Shown piece after piece: positions 60,475 through 64,000 of a DNA stretch of 64,000 nucleotides. How positions within the stretch are numbered: the first letter of the stretch is position 1; every line of letters begins with the position of its first letter. The notes beneath the pieces are model-generated. The model saw only the letters and a list, made by a program, of their open reading frames with translations. It was not told the DNA's origin and ran no database searches. This stretch comes from Flavobacteriales bacterium (GTDB taxonomy: Bacteria > Bacteroidota > Bacteroidia > CAIKAF01): positions 81,317 through 145,316 of the forward strand of contig JANWKT010000013.1 of NCBI GenBank assembly GCA_025451235.1, in the 5' to 3' direction. Position numbers and translations under genes: made by a program.

Positions 60475-62016
60475 ATGAAATATATACTTGTCATTTGTTG
60501 TTTAGTTTTGGAAACACCTGTTTTTTCTCAAATCACTTTCCAGAAAGCCTATGGGGGTACAGCGGGTGAGCATAACGAATGCCTGGGCAAGACCAACGGT
60601 ATCATGAATACCACCAGTGATAGTGGTTATGTTATTTGTAATTCAAGCATAAGCTTTGCCAACCCATTCTCACAGGGAATTTATTTTGTAAGGCTAGATC
60701 AATTCGGGGATACTATTTTTACTAAAACATTTTATAGGAACGACTATCATTGTTATGGTAGATCAATCTATGAAACCAGTGATGGTGGATTTATTATGGG
60801 TGTGGCCCATTCGGGATCTGGTCTGATTAAAACCGATGCCGCCGGTAACATTACTTGGAGCAAAAAACTTTCGATGAGCAATGGGTATTATGGGATGCCT
60901 GTAGCGGGCAATTCATTCTTATGTACTTCGTCATTTGGTAATGCAATGTATCTAAGTAAGGTAGATATGAACGGCAATATGCTCTTTGAAAATAGATATT
61001 TTACCATCAATTCCTGGTATTCCTCATCAGAGCATTTTATGTTATACTCTTCTTATGAATGTGCCAATACTGATATTATTTCGACGGGATATTATATAAA
61101 TGGTTCTTCCAATGGTGAGATCCTATTAATAAGGACCGATTCGGCCGGCAATATTAAATTTGTAAAAAGTTACGACAGCGATATTTACTTTGAATCTGCA
61201 TATAAAGTAATTGAGTTGGCCGATAAAAGTATCGTTGCTGTGGGTGGTTGGGGAGAGCTAAAAACGGTTATATTGAAAACAGATTCGCTTGGCAATCCCA
61301 TCTTTTTTAAAAAAATTGGGAATTCTCAAGGTTCAAATGCCGTTGCTGCTGACGATAAGGGTAATTTATATTTAACAGGAGGAACCTCTATTGTAGGAAA
61401 CGCCCTTGCCATTATAACCAAAACCAATTCCCTTGGAAATATTATCTGGTCGAAAACTTATGAAAATGCAGAGGTAGGGCTTTGCATCGAATTAACCCCT
61501 GATAAGGGCATGGTAATGGCCGGAATAACCAATAGCTTCGGTGCGGGGGGGTATGATACCTATCTTTGTAAAACAGATTCGATGGGTGATGCGGGTTGTG
61601 ACATATCCGATTCATTGTTTTCTATAAATGTCATTAATCCCATTGTTACGGATCATATACTGCTTGTTATGCCGGACACGGTATGCTCTAATTTTCCGAT
61701 GTTGGTTAATTCGGGAACCATTGTTAGCACCAAATGCCAGAATTTCACATTGAGTGCCGATGAGTTGCAGTCGGACCTAGATATTGAATTATACCCGAAT
61801 CCTGTTACAGATATGATCATGATAGATGTTGGTGAAAATTTCGATATACAGATCCATCTATCCGTTTACAGTATTTCGGGCCAGCTCCTGGTGAAAAAAT
61901 CTTTTGATCATACCGGAACTATTACTCTTGATCTTCAGCACTTGTCGGGTGGGGTATACTTTCTTCAGGTGGATGATGGGAAAAAATCGATGACGAGGAA
62001 GTTTATTAAGAAATAG
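60475..62016 (+). CDS. T9SS-secreted beta-propeller protein
   Basis: MKYILV signal; repeated KTDxxGNxxWxK; LYPNPV...GGVYFLQV...RKFIKK; alternative start 60454. Confidence 0.85.
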   Translation: MKYILVICCLVLETPVFSQITFQKAYGGTAGEHNECLGKTNGIMNTTSDSGYVICNSSISFANPFSQGIYFVRLDQFGDTIFTKTFYRNDYHCYGRSIYETSDGGFIMGVAHSGSGLIKTDAAGNITWSKKLSMSNGYYGMPVAGNSFLCTSSFGNAMYLSKVDMNGNMLFENRYFTINSWYSSSEHFMLYSSYECANTDIISTGYYINGSSNGEILLIRTDSAGNIKFVKSYDSDIYFESAYKVIELADKSIVAVGGWGELKTVILKTDSLGNPIFFKKIGNSQGSNAVAADDKGNLYLTGGTSIVGNALAIITKTNSLGNIIWSKTYENAEVGLCIELTPDKGMVMAGITNSFGAGGYDTYLCKTDSMGDAGCDISDSLFSINVINPIVTDHILLVMPDTVCSNFPMLVNSGTIVSTKCQNFTLSADELQSDLDIELYPNPVTDMIMIDVGENFDIQIHLSVYSISGQLLVKKSFDHTGTITLDLQHLSGGVYFLQVDDGKKSMTRKFIKK

Positions 62017-62147
62017 TTTTAGAAATAGAATTTGTGTAAGTATTGACGGCTGCGCCTTAGGTGCGGTCGTTGTTGTTTTACCGGATTTGTCTGGCGACTC
62101 ATCTGATCGGTTCCCGCAGGCCCTGCTGCGCTGCGCTTAGCAGGTTA

Positions 62148-62318
62148 TGGTTCCCGCAGATCTCGCAGATTTTTTTTGCTTTACCTCAGCTATCCTATAC
62201 AGCAGCTTTCATCTCGCAGATTGGAGGCGCTATGGCGCCTCATCTGCGAGATGAAAGCCGCCGGAGGGAAAGTCAGGCAAAAAGCATCAGCGAAAATCTG
62301 CGTGATCTGCGGGAACCA
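62148..62318. repeat. Palindromic MITE/REP-like element, copy 2
   Basis: 25/26-bp arms tggttcccgcagatctcgcagatttt / aaaatctgcgtgatctgcgggaacca; same inner hairpin as 46595-46778. Confidence 0.8.
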
Positions 62319-62374
62319 AAAATGAGCAGCGTCAGCTGCGAGTATATTGTGCTTAGCGGGAACTAGAAATCAAG

Positions 62375-63070
62375 TTATTCCGAATCCATATTATCGGCCT
62401 GGAACATAAAGCCAAGACGTTTGCCTGTTTTTTGTTGAAGAGCCTCGCTGTTCGAATATATTTCGGCAATGCTTACCTGTTTTACCTGCTCGTAATTCGG
62501 CATGAGGAGATCGAAATCAATAGCATATAAAATGGCAGATTCAATGATGGCCCTTGAGGATGCTTTATCGATAACACTGTTGCCAAAATTGTTGTATAAA
62601 AACCCCATTTGCCTTTTACCTTCTACAAAAAAATGAAGTTCTTTATTAATAAAGATCCTTGCAATTAAATATCCCACGTCGTTTTCCCTATTGTATTTAA
62701 ACGAATCCGTTAAAAAATTATATACATTGATCACTGCACAATAAGCCCTGTCCTCATCTTTTTTTACATAGGGAGTATTGTATATATAATGGCTTTTTTC
62801 GAAACTGAATATGTTGCTGTGCAAATGAAATACGAGGGTGTCACCGGCAAAGGAAAAAGAAGCTTCATGCTCGCTTTTCTCTGTATAGTTAAAACTGAGC
62901 TTTACATCTCCATCATTTACTTCTTTCGATAATTCATCGTTGATCTCCCTTAAATTTTCTTTGAATATTTTAAAGACCTCCTTGCTTTGTTTATAGAGAC
63001 CCAGCTTCATCACCGATTTTTCTTTCAGGGTCTTTACAATAAGTTCTTTGGCTGTTAAAGGTGCACTCAT
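62375..63070 (-). CDS. Hypothetical protein
   Basis: 231 aa; GDTLVFHLHSNIF, YNFLTDSFKYNR, HFFVEGK; co-oriented with neighbours. Confidence 0.75.
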   Translation of the reverse strand: MSAPLTAKELIVKTLKEKSVMKLGLYKQSKEVFKIFKENLREINDELSKEVNDGDVKLSFNYTEKSEHEASFSFAGDTLVFHLHSNIFSFEKSHYIYNTPYVKKDEDRAYCAVINVYNFLTDSFKYNRENDVGYLIARIFINKELHFFVEGKRQMGFLYNNFGNSVIDKASSRAIIESAILYAIDFDLLMPNYEQVKQVSIAEIYSNSEALQQKTGKRLGFMFQADNMDSE

Positions 63071-63076
63071 AGTTGC

Positions 63077-63598
63077 TTACTTTTTTTTATAAATAGGAAC
63101 CGTACTGCAAGGCTCACCATACATGAGGCTTTTTACATGGGGTAATAAAAGATTGGTGATCTCCATATAGATCATTTCAGAGATCTCACGGTCACTGCAA
63201 CCTTTGATCACCACTCTTTTCCCTTCGTAATCTGCAGGGTTGATCTCTTTTTCTATGCGGAGTAAAATGGCTTCCTGGATGGCAAATTCGCGGGTGCCAA
63301 AATATACTTTGGCCGTATAGGGGAATGCATGCATAGAAACCAGCATATAGGCCCATTTGGGTATAATAGCATCTTCAGAACAAAATACGGCCACGATTTT
63401 TCCTTCAAATTGTTTCCAGTCGAGTTCGTCCAATGCTTTTCTAAAATCTTTTTCTTTCAGGATGATGCCTTCAAACAAAAAATCCTTGATATCGATCTCC
63501 GCCACATGTTCATGTGGATAATAATCTCCCAGGTCGATGGTGACCAAACCACTACCCGCCACTTTGTTAACGATCTCTTCTTCCGATTTCACTGCCAT
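63077..63598 (-). CDS. DUF2480 family protein
   Basis: IVNKVAGSGL, LKEKDFR, DAIIPKWA, VVIKGCS, SLMYGEPCSTVP. Confidence 0.85.
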   Translation of the reverse strand: MAVKSEEEIVNKVAGSGLVTIDLGDYYPHEHVAEIDIKDFLFEGIILKEKDFRKALDELDWKQFEGKIVAVFCSEDAIIPKWAYMLVSMHAFPYTAKVYFGTREFAIQEAILLRIEKEINPADYEGKRVVIKGCSDREISEMIYMEITNLLLPHVKSLMYGEPCSTVPIYKKK

Positions 63599-64000
63599 CA
63601 GGACAATATTTTTTTCACCATTTCACTGATCCTTTTGTTATCTGCTTTTCCAGCCAACGATTTACTGGCGACCCCCATTACCTTTCCCATTTCGGCCGCG
63701 GTAGTAGCACCTACTTGTGCAATTACTGCTTTGATCTCTTTTTCCAGGTCCTCATCACTCATTTGTGCAGGCAAATAAACGGAAATAGCTTCCATTTGCG
63801 CTTTTTCCACATCTGCCAGGTCGGTCCTGTTATTTTGTACATATAGATCGTACGATTCCTTTCGTGTTTTCACCAGTTTATTTAACAAAGCAATTTCTGT
63901 TTCTTTACTCATTTCTTCCCCACCCCCTTTTTCGGTTTTGGCCAGGAGAATGGCCGATTTTACAGCACGCAATGCTTCCAGTTTTAATTTATCACCCGCC
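63598..64000 (-). CDS. GatB/YqeY domain protein (5' end outside window)
   Basis: LRAVKSAILL, RKESYDLY...RTDLA..E, YLPAQMS, MGKVMG. Confidence 0.9.
   Translation of the reverse strand, partial: AGDKLKLEALRAVKSAILLAKTEKGGGEEMSKETEIALLNKLVKTRKESYDLYVQNNRTDLADVEKAQMEAISVYLPAQMSDEDLEKEIKAVIAQVGATTAAEMGKVMGVASKSLAGKADNKRISEMVKKILS

Noticed and set aside
60305..62014. DGR template/variable repeat pair
   Set aside because: Repeat is only 25 bp and identical, with no adenine-specific differences; the nearby RT is retron-type.

Overview
Chromosomal window from a Bacteroidota bacterium, judged from TAnnTTTG promoters, an [12 protein letters not shown] primary sigma factor and five T9SS C-terminal-domain proteins. 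Most of it is housekeeping and envelope genes (rpoD, HtrA-type protease, dapF, lpxH, rplU-rpmA, thiolase, carA) plus secreted T9SS cargo and a LytS/LytTR-type two-component pair. The standout is an AT-rich, all-minus-strand island at about 47.8-55.3 kb. It holds an apparently complete PRTase + winged-helix + ncRNA + RT retron (type III-A-like) and a four-gene block (TM protein, pentapeptide-like/ion-channel-like protein, AbiV-like HEPN, DUF5677-like). Each block has complementary GTTAG.../...CTAAC ends. A long attC-like hairpin separates them and a related, weaker one follows, so they look like multi-gene defence cassettes of an integron-like array with non-canonical attC geometry and no integrase in the window. 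Other sequence-level observations: a candidate LytTR regulon with fixed box-to-promoter spacing, an orphan ~100-nt sRNA candidate, an M1 peptidase with a degenerate zinc motif, an exact 25-bp copy of a T9SS gene tail upstream of its own gene, and several palindromic REP/MITE-like families. All family calls are from motif recognition by eye; no searches were run.
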